A stretch of 24,000 nt of DNA from Planctomycetota bacterium (GTDB lineage Bacteria > Planctomycetota > Phycisphaerae > UBA1845 > Fen-1342), in contig JAHJAR010000031.1 of NCBI GenBank assembly GCA_018814045.1, positions 10,229 through 34,228 on the forward strand, written 5' to 3'. The notes beneath the pieces are model-generated. The model worked only from the letters and a program-made list of their open reading frames with translations, was not told the origin of the DNA and did no database searches. Made by a program: the position numbers and the translations under genes. Of the stretch, positions 1 through 8,497 are shown in pieces (within the stretch, counting starts at the first letter, position 1; every line of letters begins with the position of its first letter).

Positions 1-1523
1 AGGCCAGCAGGCAGCGGCAGCGCGAGCTCGACTCGCAAGTCGAAGTACTCAAGCGCAGCTTTCTGGCGCATGCCGACCTGAGCGACGACGTCGTGGAAGA
101 CACCCTCGTGGGCGCAATCGACGAGGCCCTCGACAACCCGCCCCGCCGCGAGTACCCGGCCGGTACCGTTCTGCTGCGGCAGGACGAGCCCGTCGACACC
201 GTTTCGATCCTAACGGACGGCTACGTGCAGCTTTCACGCCGGGCCAACGACCACGAGGTCATTCTGCACACGCACTCGGCCGGGCGCATCATCGGCCTGC
301 TCTCGCTGGCCCATCGCCAGCGGGCGTTTTTCACCTGCACGGCGGCGATGGATATCACGGTCATCCCGCTCAGCCTGGAGCAGCTCGAGACCGCTCTACA
401 GGCCAGCCCCTGGCTCAGCGGGTATTTCGTCACGGCCCTGATCCGTTCACTGGGTACGCGCAGCAAGCGCACCGCACAACTGAAGGTCGAGGTCGAAAAC
501 CTGAACCGCGCGCTGCGCCAGGAGCGCGACGAACTCGCCGATGCGTTGCGACAGCTCGAAGGCGCGCAGATGCGGCTGGTCGAGTCGGAGAAAATGGCCA
601 CGCTGGGTCAGCTCTCGGCGGGCGTGGCCCACGAGCTGAACAACCCCGTCGCTGCCATTCAACGGGCCGCGGACTTCGTCTGCGAAGACCTGCTGACCAT
701 GCTGGAGGAGTTGCCCGACGGCGCCGCGATCACCGCCACGTTGCGGGCCGCGCTGACGAACGAGCCGTTGTCCACGCCCGAGCAACGCCAGCGGCGAACG
801 GCGCTGACCCAGACCTTGCACGACGACGCGCTCGCCCGGCGCTTGGTGAAGGTTGGAATCACCACACCGGAGGAATACCGGGCGCGCTTCGGGCGCCTGG
901 CGGGTCGCAAGCGGGACCGCGCCCTGGCAGCGGCGGAGCGCTATAGCCAGTTGGGCGCTTCGCTGCGCAACATCGCCAGTTGCAGCCGGCGGATCGCCGC
1001 CCTGGTGAAGAGCCTGCGCTCCTACGCCCGCGCGGACGAAGCCCCGGTGGCCAATGTGAATCTACACGAGGGGCTGGAAGACACCTTGTTGATGTTTGGT
1101 GAGGCCCTGCGCACAGTGGAGCTCCAGCGGGAGTACGGCGACCTGCCGCCGCTCGAGTGCCGCGTCGGTGAGCTCAACCAGGTCTGGACCAACCTCATCG
1201 CCAACGCGCTGCAAGCCATGCACAATCAGGGTGTCCTGCGTATCGAGACCGACACACCCGACGACGCGCATGTGCGCGTGCGCGTCATCGACAGCGGCGC
1301 CGGCATTCCACCGGAGCAGCTCGAGAAAGTGTTCGAGTTGAACTTCACCACCAGACAGGGACAAACCGGCTTCGGGCTCGGGATGGGCCTGGCCATCTGC
1401 CGGCAGATCATCACGCGCCACGGCGGCACAATCGCGATGGAGTCGCAGCCCGGCCGCACCTGCGTGACGGTTGTGCTGCCGCGGCACTATCCACAACTGC
1501 CCGGGGAACGGGAGGCGTCATGA
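1..1523 (+). CDS. cyclic-nucleotide-binding sensor histidine kinase (5' end probably outside window)
   Basis: The reading frame of the 93..1523 ORF stays open back to the window edge. Residues before the GTG at 93 (..LKRSFLAHADLSDDVVEDTL..) read like the start of the cNMP-binding domain, so the gene is likely 5'-truncated. Domain order from the translation: Crp-type cNMP-binding barrel (YPAGTVLLRQDEPVDTVSILTDGYVQL..GRIIG), coiled coil, HisKA H-box (SAGVAHELNNPVAAI), N-box (QVWTNLIANALQA), G1 (VIDSGAGIP), G2 (GFGLGMGL). The stop TGA at 1521-1523 overlaps the next start (ATGA). Confidence 0.85.
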   Translation, partial: ASRQRQRELDSQVEVLKRSFLAHADLSDDVVEDTLVGAIDEALDNPPRREYPAGTVLLRQDEPVDTVSILTDGYVQLSRRANDHEVILHTHSAGRIIGLLSLAHRQRAFFTCTAAMDITVIPLSLEQLETALQASPWLSGYFVTALIRSLGTRSKRTAQLKVEVENLNRALRQERDELADALRQLEGAQMRLVESEKMATLGQLSAGVAHELNNPVAAIQRAADFVCEDLLTMLEELPDGAAITATLRAALTNEPLSTPEQRQRRTALTQTLHDDALARRLVKVGITTPEEYRARFGRLAGRKRDRALAAAERYSQLGASLRNIASCSRRIAALVKSLRSYARADEAPVANVNLHEGLEDTLLMFGEALRTVELQREYGDLPPLECRVGELNQVWTNLIANALQAMHNQGVLRIETDTPDDAHVRVRVIDSGAGIPPEQLEKVFELNFTTRQGQTGFGLGMGLAICRQIITRHGGTIAMESQPGRTCVTVVLPRHYPQLPGEREAS

Positions 1524-2011
1524 ACCGCACCACGATACTCTGCATCGAGGATGAACCCGAGGTCCGCGACGCGCTGGTGCGCGACCTGACCCCCTTCGCG
1601 ACCGTCTGCCGTATCGAAGCCGCCGAAGACGCCGACGACGCGCGGCAGGTGGTGCAGGAGTGCGGCGCGGCCGGCGATCGGCTGGGCTTGATCCTGTGTG
1701 ATCACCTGCTGCCCGGCACGCTGGGTGCCGATCTACTGGTAGAGTTCAAGCACCGGCCCGCGACCGCCGCGGCGCGCAAAGTGCTCGTCACCGGGCAGGC
1801 CGGCCTGGAAGACACCGTCAAGGCGGTCAACAACGCCGACTTGGACCACTACATCGCCAAACCATGGACGCGCGACGGACTACTGGAGGTCGTACGGCAA
1901 TACCTCACGGACTACGTGATCGACGAAGTGGAAGACGTGCTGCCCTACGTGAGTGTCCTGGACGGGCCGCGACTGATGGAAGCACTCAAGCACCGCGGCC
2001 AGAACGAATGA
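1520..2011 (+). CDS. single-domain response regulator (CheY-like receiver with short C-terminal tail)
   Basis: Receiver signature: acidic pocket ILCIEDEPE, phospho-acceptor context [17 protein letters not shown], and the conserved Lys in HYIAKPW. GGGAGG at 1510-1515 lies 4 nt upstream of the ATG at 1520. A 4-nt ATGA overlap with the kinase stop indicates translational coupling. Confidence 0.85.
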   Translation: MNRTTILCIEDEPEVRDALVRDLTPFATVCRIEAAEDADDARQVVQECGAAGDRLGLILCDHLLPGTLGADLLVEFKHRPATAAARKVLVTGQAGLEDTVKAVNNADLDHYIAKPWTRDGLLEVVRQYLTDYVIDEVEDVLPYVSVLDGPRLMEALKHRGQNE

Positions 2012-2078
2012 ACGCCGCCCAGGATCATCGACCGGTTGTCGGTCGTTCGGGGTGAGTCCCACAGAGGAGTACCACAAC

Positions 2079-3116
2079 ATGCCGCTCGTTCCCATGCGCA
2101 CGCTGCTGGACCACGCCGCCGAGAACAACTACGGGCTGGCCGCCATCAACGTCAACAACCTCGAGCAGTTTCAGGCGGTGCTGGCCGCAGCGGCGGCGAC
2201 CGATTCGCCGGTAATTGTGCAGGCCACGCGCGGGGCGCGGGTGCACGCGGGCGATGCGTTCCTGCGTCACCTGGCGCTGGCCGCCGCCGAGACCTATCCC
2301 AAGATCCCCTTCGCGCTGCACCAGGATCACGGCAACTCGCTCGAAACGTGCCGCAGCGCCATCGAGCAGGGGTTTACCTCCGTCATGATGGACGGCTCGC
2401 TGGAGAGCGACGGCAAAACGCCGGCGAGCTTCGAATACAACGTCCAGGTCACGAAGAACGTGGCGGAAATGGCGCATGCCATCGGGGCCACCGTCGAGGG
2501 TGAATTGGGCTGCCTCGGGGGCGTCGAGGACGGGCACGGCGCGGGGTTGACCGCGGCGGAGGCGAGGCAACACCTGACCGACCCCGACCAGGCCGAGGAG
2601 TTCGTTGCCCAGACCGGCGTCGACGCCCTGGCCGTCGCCATCGGCACCAGCCACGGCGCCTATAAGTTCACCAAGAAGCCGACCGGCGACGTGCTGGTCA
2701 TGAGCGTGATCGAGGAGATTCACCGCCGCCTGCCCAACACCCATTTGGTCATGCACGGCGCATCGAGCGTGCCGCAGAACCTGCTCGAGCAGATTCGGCG
2801 GTGCGGCGGCGAGATGAAACCCACTTACGGCGTTCCGGTTGAGGAAATCCAGCGCGGTATCCGCAACGGCGTCCGCAAGGTCAACGTCGACACCGACAAT
2901 CGCCTCGCCATGACCGGCGCCATCCGGGAAGTGTTCGCCACCGACAAAGGCGAGTTCGACCCGCGCAAATACCTCGGGGTGGCGCGCGAGGCGATGAAGC
3001 AGATCTGCATGGAGCGGTTGGTCGCCTTCGGCCAGGCCGGCCACGCCGGCCAAATCAAACCGACTACTTGCCGCGAGCTGGTCAGCTTCTACCAGACGTC
3101 CGTCTGTCAGTGCTAG
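2079..3116 (+). CDS. fba: fructose-1,6-bisphosphate aldolase, class II
   Basis: The N-terminus [39 protein letters not shown], followed by [29 protein letters not shown] and VMHGASSVP, is the class II (metal-dependent) FBA pattern. The start was moved from the ORF-track GTG at 2052 to the ATG at 2079 because GAGGAG (2064-2069) lies 9 nt upstream of it. Confidence 0.9.
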   Translation: MPLVPMRTLLDHAAENNYGLAAINVNNLEQFQAVLAAAAATDSPVIVQATRGARVHAGDAFLRHLALAAAETYPKIPFALHQDHGNSLETCRSAIEQGFTSVMMDGSLESDGKTPASFEYNVQVTKNVAEMAHAIGATVEGELGCLGGVEDGHGAGLTAAEARQHLTDPDQAEEFVAQTGVDALAVAIGTSHGAYKFTKKPTGDVLVMSVIEEIHRRLPNTHLVMHGASSVPQNLLEQIRRCGGEMKPTYGVPVEEIQRGIRNGVRKVNVDTDNRLAMTGAIREVFATDKGEFDPRKYLGVAREAMKQICMERLVAFGQAGHAGQIKPTTCRELVSFYQTSVCQC

Positions 3117-3345
3117 GAGCACCAAACCGACCCGAGCCGCGACCGTAAGGGAGCGGTTGCCAGGACAGGTCCGTCGGCGCACGCAGTTTCCGCACCCGCT
3201 GGTGCCCACCGGGCGCATCGTCTGCGCATTGCACGCCACTCGCGGCGGACGTATCCTGCCCGCCGTTGGGTGATTCGGCCAATCAGGCCTGCCGTGGGCG
3301 GCGGGCGCGGATCACATCTCGGAGCTTGATCAAGGAGACTCGATC

Positions 3346-4206
3346 ATGAAACGAAGCGCGTTTGTTGCCGCGTTCGTTGCTGCGTTTGTGCTGCTGAATG
3401 CACCGGCTGCCGCGGACGAAGAGGTGGACAAGATCCTCAAAGAGCTAGCCGATGGCGCGGCCAAGCTGAAGTCGTACACTTCCAAGATGAAGATGACCAC
3501 CGATCTCGACTACGGGGAGACGTACAAGCAGAAGGCCGAGAGCGTCGGCACGTATGAGTGGGCCCGCAAAGGCGAGACTTATTGCATGCGCAGCGAGTCC
3601 AAATCGAAGGACGCCACGACACAGGACGGCAAGACCACCAAGACGACCACGATGAGCACCATGGTCTGCGACGGGGAGTGGTTCTGGGCCCTGACCGAGA
3701 CCGACGGCAAGAAGACGGTCATGAAGAGCCGCGTGCAGCCCGGCCACGATTGGGTTGCGGCGCTGAAGCAGATGCAAAAGGACAACAAGATCGAGCGGCT
3801 TCCGGATGAGACCATAGACGGGGAGGACTGCTACGTACTCAAGCTGACGCCCAAGGCGGCCCCGGCTGGGCAGAAACCCGGACACACGCTCAGCCACTAC
3901 CAGAAGTCGACCGCGATTAACGTCAAGATGGAGACGTTCGACGCCAACGGGAAGCGGATGATGTCGGCCGTGACCACGGACGTGAAGGTCAACGTGGACA
4001 TCAGCCCGCAGCGCTTCGAGTTCAAGGTGCCCGAAGGCGCCGAAGTCATCGATGCGACGCAATTCGAGCAGCAGCAGTCCGCTAATGAGGCGGATCAGAC
4101 GGAAGAAGACGAAGCTGCCGAGGAGACTGAGAAGGCGGATGAGACGAAGCCGGAGAAGAAGGAGAAGAAAGGCCTCAAGCTACCGAAACGCCCCAAGCTG
4201 CCTTAA
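3346..4206 (+). CDS. secreted LolA-like / outer-membrane lipoprotein-sorting-like protein with Lys/Glu-rich C-terminal tail
   Basis: AAGGAG (3332-3337) lies 8 nt upstream of the ATG. There is a clear signal peptide (MKRSAFVAAFVAAFVLLNAPAAADEE). The mature N-terminus (VDKILKELADGAAKLKSYTSKMKMTTDL..) resembles the LolA-like beta-barrel families I recognise. That product assignment is pattern recognition only. The last ~45 residues are a low-complexity E/K/P tail. Confidence 0.6.
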   Translation: MKRSAFVAAFVAAFVLLNAPAAADEEVDKILKELADGAAKLKSYTSKMKMTTDLDYGETYKQKAESVGTYEWARKGETYCMRSESKSKDATTQDGKTTKTTTMSTMVCDGEWFWALTETDGKKTVMKSRVQPGHDWVAALKQMQKDNKIERLPDETIDGEDCYVLKLTPKAAPAGQKPGHTLSHYQKSTAINVKMETFDANGKRMMSAVTTDVKVNVDISPQRFEFKVPEGAEVIDATQFEQQQSANEADQTEEDEAAEETEKADETKPEKKEKKGLKLPKRPKLP

Positions 4207-4216
4207 CGCAACAGCC

Positions 4217-4247
4217 GCCCCGGTGGCCGGTAACCGGTCGCCGGGGC
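4217..4247. terminator. GC-rich stem-loop between convergent genes (possible bidirectional terminator, no U-tract)
   Basis: gccccggtggccggt / accggtcgccggggc forms a ~13-15 bp stem if two G-U pairs are allowed. It starts 11 nt after the TAA at 4204-4206 and lies ~85 nt from the TAG of the convergent PilZ gene. No canonical T-run follows, so terminator function is uncertain. Confidence 0.35.
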
Positions 4248-4332
4248 CTGCTTGCTGCCCGGGCCGGCGCCCCGCGGCGCGCCCGGCGGTCGTCTAGCTG
4301 GCCCACGGCGAGTCGCGCGGGTCCGGCGACGT

Positions 4333-5040
4333 CTAGCGCGACAAAGCGCGGGCCGACAACACCGATATTATCGCTCGGCTGAGCTCCGGGGGAACGCTGC
4401 GCATCTCGAGCTGAACGCCCATGCCCGGTATATCGACGCCGTCCTCCCAGCGCCGCACACGGGCGACCCGTCCTCGTACCCGCACCGGTTCTTCCAGCAG
4501 GTCGTTGATCTCCAACTCCATCTCCTGGCCGACGTCCGGCGCGTGGTAGGTGATGATGAAGGCCCCGTTCGTGCTCAGGTCGAGGCAGTTGCCCGGCTGC
4601 CACGTCTCTTCCCCGCAGGCGCGCATGCGCACCCGACAATTGACCTGGCCGCGCAAATAGCGCCGCCCCCAGGGCGGTCGCCAGCCAGGGTCATCCGCCG
4701 CGATGGCATCCAGCGCCTCGGTCAGCGTGCCGCGGCGGTCGGGCGCCGTGCACAGCACGGTGACCGTGCCATCCGGCCGCAGCGTACAGCGCAGGAGCGG
4801 CCAGCCCGTTTGCAGCTCGAAGAGCGGGTTGATGACGCTGGCGCCGATGCGCGCTGATGACGTTGTGTCGATCAGCACGGCCAGCGGCGGCCGTTCCATG
4901 CAGCGCACCAGCAGATCCAGCGTATCTGCCACAAAGCTGAACTCGTGCGGCAGTTTCGCGAAGACTTCCTCATAGCGGGCCGCGCGCTCCGCCAGACAGA
5001 GTACGAGGAAATACCGTGAGCCATCGTTTGAGTCGGCCAT
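4333..5040 (-). CDS. PilZ-domain c-di-GMP-binding protein with receiver-like N-terminal domain
   Basis: The C-terminal half carries both PilZ signature motifs: RxxxR (RRYLR) and D/NxSxxG (DLSTNG). The N-terminal half (YFLVLCLAE..LAVLIDT..PLLRCTL) has alternating beta/alpha character like a degenerate receiver fold. The start was set to the ATG at 5040 (GGGAG 5 nt upstream) instead of the ORF-track 5193, whose extra residues are Arg/Ser-rich and look non-coding. Confidence 0.75.
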   Translation of the reverse strand: MADSNDGSRYFLVLCLAERAARYEEVFAKLPHEFSFVADTLDLLVRCMERPPLAVLIDTTSSARIGASVINPLFELQTGWPLLRCTLRPDGTVTVLCTAPDRRGTLTEALDAIAADDPGWRPPWGRRYLRGQVNCRVRMRACGEETWQPGNCLDLSTNGAFIITYHAPDVGQEMELEINDLLEEPVRVRGRVARVRRWEDGVDIPGMGVQLEMRSVPPELSRAIISVLSARALSR

Positions 5041-5337
5041 CGTCGCTCCCGTCTGCATCGACCGTGAAATGAAGCGGTGCCAGGAAACCTGGCGCACCAC
5101 TGGCCCTGTGGAGCTCGACCGCGGCGGAACTGATCTTCCGCCCTGCGGCGCGATCGCGGTCTGGTTTCTGTATCGGCAAACCCAGGCGGTCACCCCAGAT
5201 CGGAGACCATGGACGGCCAGTGTCGTTTGAACGTGCGTGTTGGGCGTATGCGCTCACGTTGGTTGGCAGCGGCACCCGAGACGCTGTCGCCGATAATCCG
5301 GACGCCGGAATCGCACAGCCCGCAGACCGCGGCCGGG

Positions 5338-6297
5338 CTACACCGAACATGCGTCGAGCAATTCGCTGATCGTCGCGGTGGCCAGCCCCACAACGGTGTC
5401 AGCCGCTCCGTAGTACACGCGTACGATGCTCTCCGGGCGGGCGAATCCCTCCTCATCGTACCCCGCCACGATGGCACCACTGGGGAAGACGACGTTGGGC
5501 ACCTGGCCGACGAGTTCCCACGGCTCACGCGGTTCGAGGATGTTGTTGCGGCCCCGGGCCAGCACGCGGCGCGGGTCCGCAAGGTCGAGCAGAACCACAC
5601 CCGCCTGGTAGATGTTCGCACTGGCGAAATGAGTGGCTATGCCATGGTAGATGTGCAGCCAGCCGGCGCGCGTTTTTATGGGCGGCGGCCCGGAGCCGAT
5701 CAACTCGTCCCAATAGTGTAAGCGCCCCGCCATGACCGGGCCCAGTGAATGCCAGGTGACCAAATCGTCGGACTCAGCCAACTCGATCTCTGACCCGGTG
5801 GTAACGCCGCCGGCGAGCTGCACGCGATTGGGGCGCTCCAGTCGCAGAAAACGCCCCTCCAGCCGTTCCGGAAAGAGCACGCCGTTGCGTGTCTCTTCCG
5901 GGCCCCCGAAACCGACGAGCTCGAAACTCTCGAAATCGACGGTCTGTGCCACACCAAGCCGGCAGCCGGAGTCGGTGTCCGCCGCAAAGACGACGAAGAT
6001 CGTGTCGTCGATACGCGTCAGCCGCGGATCGTAGATGTGATATAGCCTCTCGGCGACAGTCTTGAGACCGGCGATCTCGACGATCCGCGGCCGGACACTG
6101 AACCGCTCGCCATCGCCGCTCTCCGCGACCATCAGCACGGTTTCCCGGCCGCGCGTCTGCACGCGCAGCAGCAGGAGATCGCGATCGCCGACGCGGATCG
6201 CCCCGGGATTGAAGACCGAGCTAACATCGACCACGTCTGGTGGAATGTCGGGGATGTCCGTCCGCGTCAGGATGGGGTTGGCCGGGCTTCGTTTCAT
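5338..6297 (-). CDS. glycoside hydrolase family 130 enzyme (beta-mannoside phosphorylase-type)
   Basis: The translation shows GH130 (DUF377-type five-bladed propeller) hallmarks: NPILTRTDIP..SVFNPGAI, YDPRLTRIDD (catalytic Asp context), TRNGVLFPERLEGRFLRLERPN, GSGPPPIKTRAGWLHIYHGI, and VRVYYGAADT. The start was set to the ATG at 6297 (MKRSPANPIL), with GGGGAG ~10 nt upstream. The ORF-track extension to 6432 overlaps the upstream symporter stop. Confidence 0.85.
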   Translation of the reverse strand: MKRSPANPILTRTDIPDIPPDVVDVSSVFNPGAIRVGDRDLLLLRVQTRGRETVLMVAESGDGERFSVRPRIVEIAGLKTVAERLYHIYDPRLTRIDDTIFVVFAADTDSGCRLGVAQTVDFESFELVGFGGPEETRNGVLFPERLEGRFLRLERPNRVQLAGGVTTGSEIELAESDDLVTWHSLGPVMAGRLHYWDELIGSGPPPIKTRAGWLHIYHGIATHFASANIYQAGVVLLDLADPRRVLARGRNNILEPREPWELVGQVPNVVFPSGAIVAGYDEEGFARPESIVRVYYGAADTVVGLATATISELLDACSV

Positions 6298-6337
6298 GGG
6301 TCCTGTCTCCCCGGAACGCCGCGTGCGCAAGCGCGGC

Positions 6338-8284
6338 TTATTCGTTGTGCTCCACGCGGCCGTCGTCGAGCGGGTTTGCGGCGCGCGTGCGCAACTGACG
6401 GAACAGGTAGCGCAGATCGAAATAGCCGCCAATCGTGAACCACGTGGTCACGAGAATTGCACACGCGAGGATGAACCAGGTCCACCCGTGCCAGAATGCC
6501 AGCCAGGACGTGGCCGAAACGTCAACCGTCAGACTATAGACGGTAACGACAACGAAGATAACAGTCCAGACCAACGGCCAGGCCAATGTGATGTACGCCA
6601 CGATCCGGTCACCGCCGGTGAAGTCCTTGCTGAAGCCGAGCTTCTCCCACCAGGTGCGGGCGTCCTTCCAAGTGGCCGTGGCTTCGCCCGCAATGGCGTA
6701 CTGGCCGCGGTGCAGCAGGCGGTCCATGTTGAAGGCCGTCCGCGGGCCGAGCAACGAGACCAGCACGTAAACCGCAACCGACGCGACGATCGCCAGGAAG
6801 CTCATCTCCTGGCCCGTTAGGAAGAACGCGGGCTGGATCTGCTTGATGACAATGCCCGCCAGGGCCGCACACATGCCCGTGGCCATCGCCGCCCAGGCGG
6901 CTGCGGTCGTGCCGCGATCCCAATAGAGCCCGCCGATGATGACCGAACCGGCGCCCCCAACGAACACGGAGGCGGTCAGCGCGCAGAACATGGCGATGAA
7001 CTGCGTGTGTTGAAACAGCAGGCTGACGAGGAATATGAACACTGCCACAGCCAGAATCGAGAGTCGCAACATCCGGATGTGCTGGCGTGGCGTGAGCGGC
7101 TTCACACGGAAGGGTAGGATCACGTCCTGCACGAGGATCGTCCCCCACGAATGCAGGTACGTGTCATGCGTACTGATGAACGCGCCCAGCATGGCCGCGC
7201 AGGCCAGCCCCAGCAGGCCGGCCGGCAGCATCACGCTCATGGCCAGCGGTGTCCGGAGCTGGTTTTGCAGCGCCTCTTTCACTCCGGGCGAAGGAGCTGC
7301 GAGTGCCTCGAGCGACTGGCTCACAACCGCGGCCTGGGCGGCGAAGTCGGGGTGCTGCAGGAAGGTTCGAACACAGATGGGCAAGACCAAGACGATCAGC
7401 ATCAGCACGCGAAAACGCCACGGGCTCAGAATTCCGGCCATTTTGGCTTCGTGGGCGTTCTTGGCGGAGCAGTTGTACCCTTGGGTGCCCTGCCAGCTCT
7501 TGCACCCGTAGAACATGATGATCACGCCGATCACGTAGTACCAGAAATCGAAGTGCTTCTCCTGGCCCAGGTCGAACGGATCCACCATGGATTGCCCGGC
7601 CGGCGCGGCGAGCAAGACCTCGGCGATCTGCTCCCACTTGAACGTGCACAACAGGAACACCACCACAATGATGAAGGCAAAGTTGCAAACGATGCCCTGG
7701 AGGAAGTCGGTCACCATGACCGCGATCTGCCCGCCGAGGAACAGTAGCGCCAGCGAAACCAGCAATAGCAGCACCATCATCAGCGGATAGGTCGCGACGT
7801 CGAAGCCAACCACCGTGAACGCCGTTGGCAACCCGCACAAGGCGATGAAGAAGCGGGCCCCCACCGAAGGGAAAATCGCAAAGTTGATGATCCCCGCCAG
7901 ATACGCGACCAGCCCGGCGAAGACGCGGAACTTGCGGCTGTAACGCATCTCAAAGAACTGCGCCAGCGTCAGGGCCCGCGTCTGCCGGAAGCGGTAGATC
8001 ACCCAGCCCGACAGGGCCATGATGATCATCGCCGGTCCTTCCATCAGCGGCCACCAGATCGACGTATAACCGACCTGATAGTTCTGCTCGAAGTACCAAA
8101 CCAGCGAGATCACGCCCAGTTGGGCCATGTTGTCTGCCACCGCGATCAGGTAGCGACCCCCACAGCGCTCGGCCGCGAGAAAACCGGCGACGCTCCCGGC
8201 ATGACGCCGGGTGCTGGCGGCACCCCAGATCAGAATCACCAGCAGCCCCAGGACGATGCCCCAGTCGATTAGACTCATGTTCAT
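6338..8284 (-). CDS. sodium:solute symporter family (SSF/SGLT-type) transporter
   Basis: This is a 648-aa polytopic membrane protein with an SSF-like N-terminus (DWGIVLGLLVILIWGAASTRR..GFLAAERCGGRY) and many hydrophobic helices throughout. It lies 40 nt upstream of the GH130 gene on the same strand, so the two are probably an operon. Confidence 0.85.
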   Translation of the reverse strand: MNMSLIDWGIVLGLLVILIWGAASTRRHAGSVAGFLAAERCGGRYLIAVADNMAQLGVISLVWYFEQNYQVGYTSIWWPLMEGPAMIIMALSGWVIYRFRQTRALTLAQFFEMRYSRKFRVFAGLVAYLAGIINFAIFPSVGARFFIALCGLPTAFTVVGFDVATYPLMMVLLLLVSLALLFLGGQIAVMVTDFLQGIVCNFAFIIVVVFLLCTFKWEQIAEVLLAAPAGQSMVDPFDLGQEKHFDFWYYVIGVIIMFYGCKSWQGTQGYNCSAKNAHEAKMAGILSPWRFRVLMLIVLVLPICVRTFLQHPDFAAQAAVVSQSLEALAAPSPGVKEALQNQLRTPLAMSVMLPAGLLGLACAAMLGAFISTHDTYLHSWGTILVQDVILPFRVKPLTPRQHIRMLRLSILAVAVFIFLVSLLFQHTQFIAMFCALTASVFVGGAGSVIIGGLYWDRGTTAAAWAAMATGMCAALAGIVIKQIQPAFFLTGQEMSFLAIVASVAVYVLVSLLGPRTAFNMDRLLHRGQYAIAGEATATWKDARTWWEKLGFSKDFTGGDRIVAYITLAWPLVWTVIFVVVTVYSLTVDVSATSWLAFWHGWTWFILACAILVTTWFTIGGYFDLRYLFRQLRTRAANPLDDGRVEHNE

Positions 8285-8497
8285 CGGAACAGCTCGTCCT
8301 CTACCTTGACCGTGACGGGCGGCACCGCCCGATTATGCTGACCATGGTCTGACGCAGCCGTTCGCAGAATTCGCATTGGCTGGACATGCGAGCATCGTGC
8401 CGCCAATTGTCCCTGAGAGCAAATCGCGACCAGGCTTCCGCTCGGCGGTCACCCTCGATACTCTTATGGTAAACCACTCGAAACGGAGGAGCCGCAG

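Noticed and set aside
2025-3239. A 404-aa minus-strand ORF opposite the aldolase gene.
   Set aside because: The aldolase frame is strongly supported. The antisense translation is low-complexity sequence (R/G/A/V/L runs) without any signature.
4291-4337. A direct repeat CGTCTAGC occurring twice (4291-4298 and 4330-4337) in the convergent intergenic region.
   Set aside because: It is only 8 nt long, and the second copy includes the PilZ stop codon. Chance recurrence is likely.
5174-5181. A GGCAAACC octamer reminiscent of the c-di-GMP-I (GEMM) riboswitch core, next to the PilZ gene.
   Set aside because: It is on the plus strand, whereas both flanking genes are on the minus strand. The second conserved half (CGCAAAGC-like) and the paired-helix context are absent. 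It is most likely chance.
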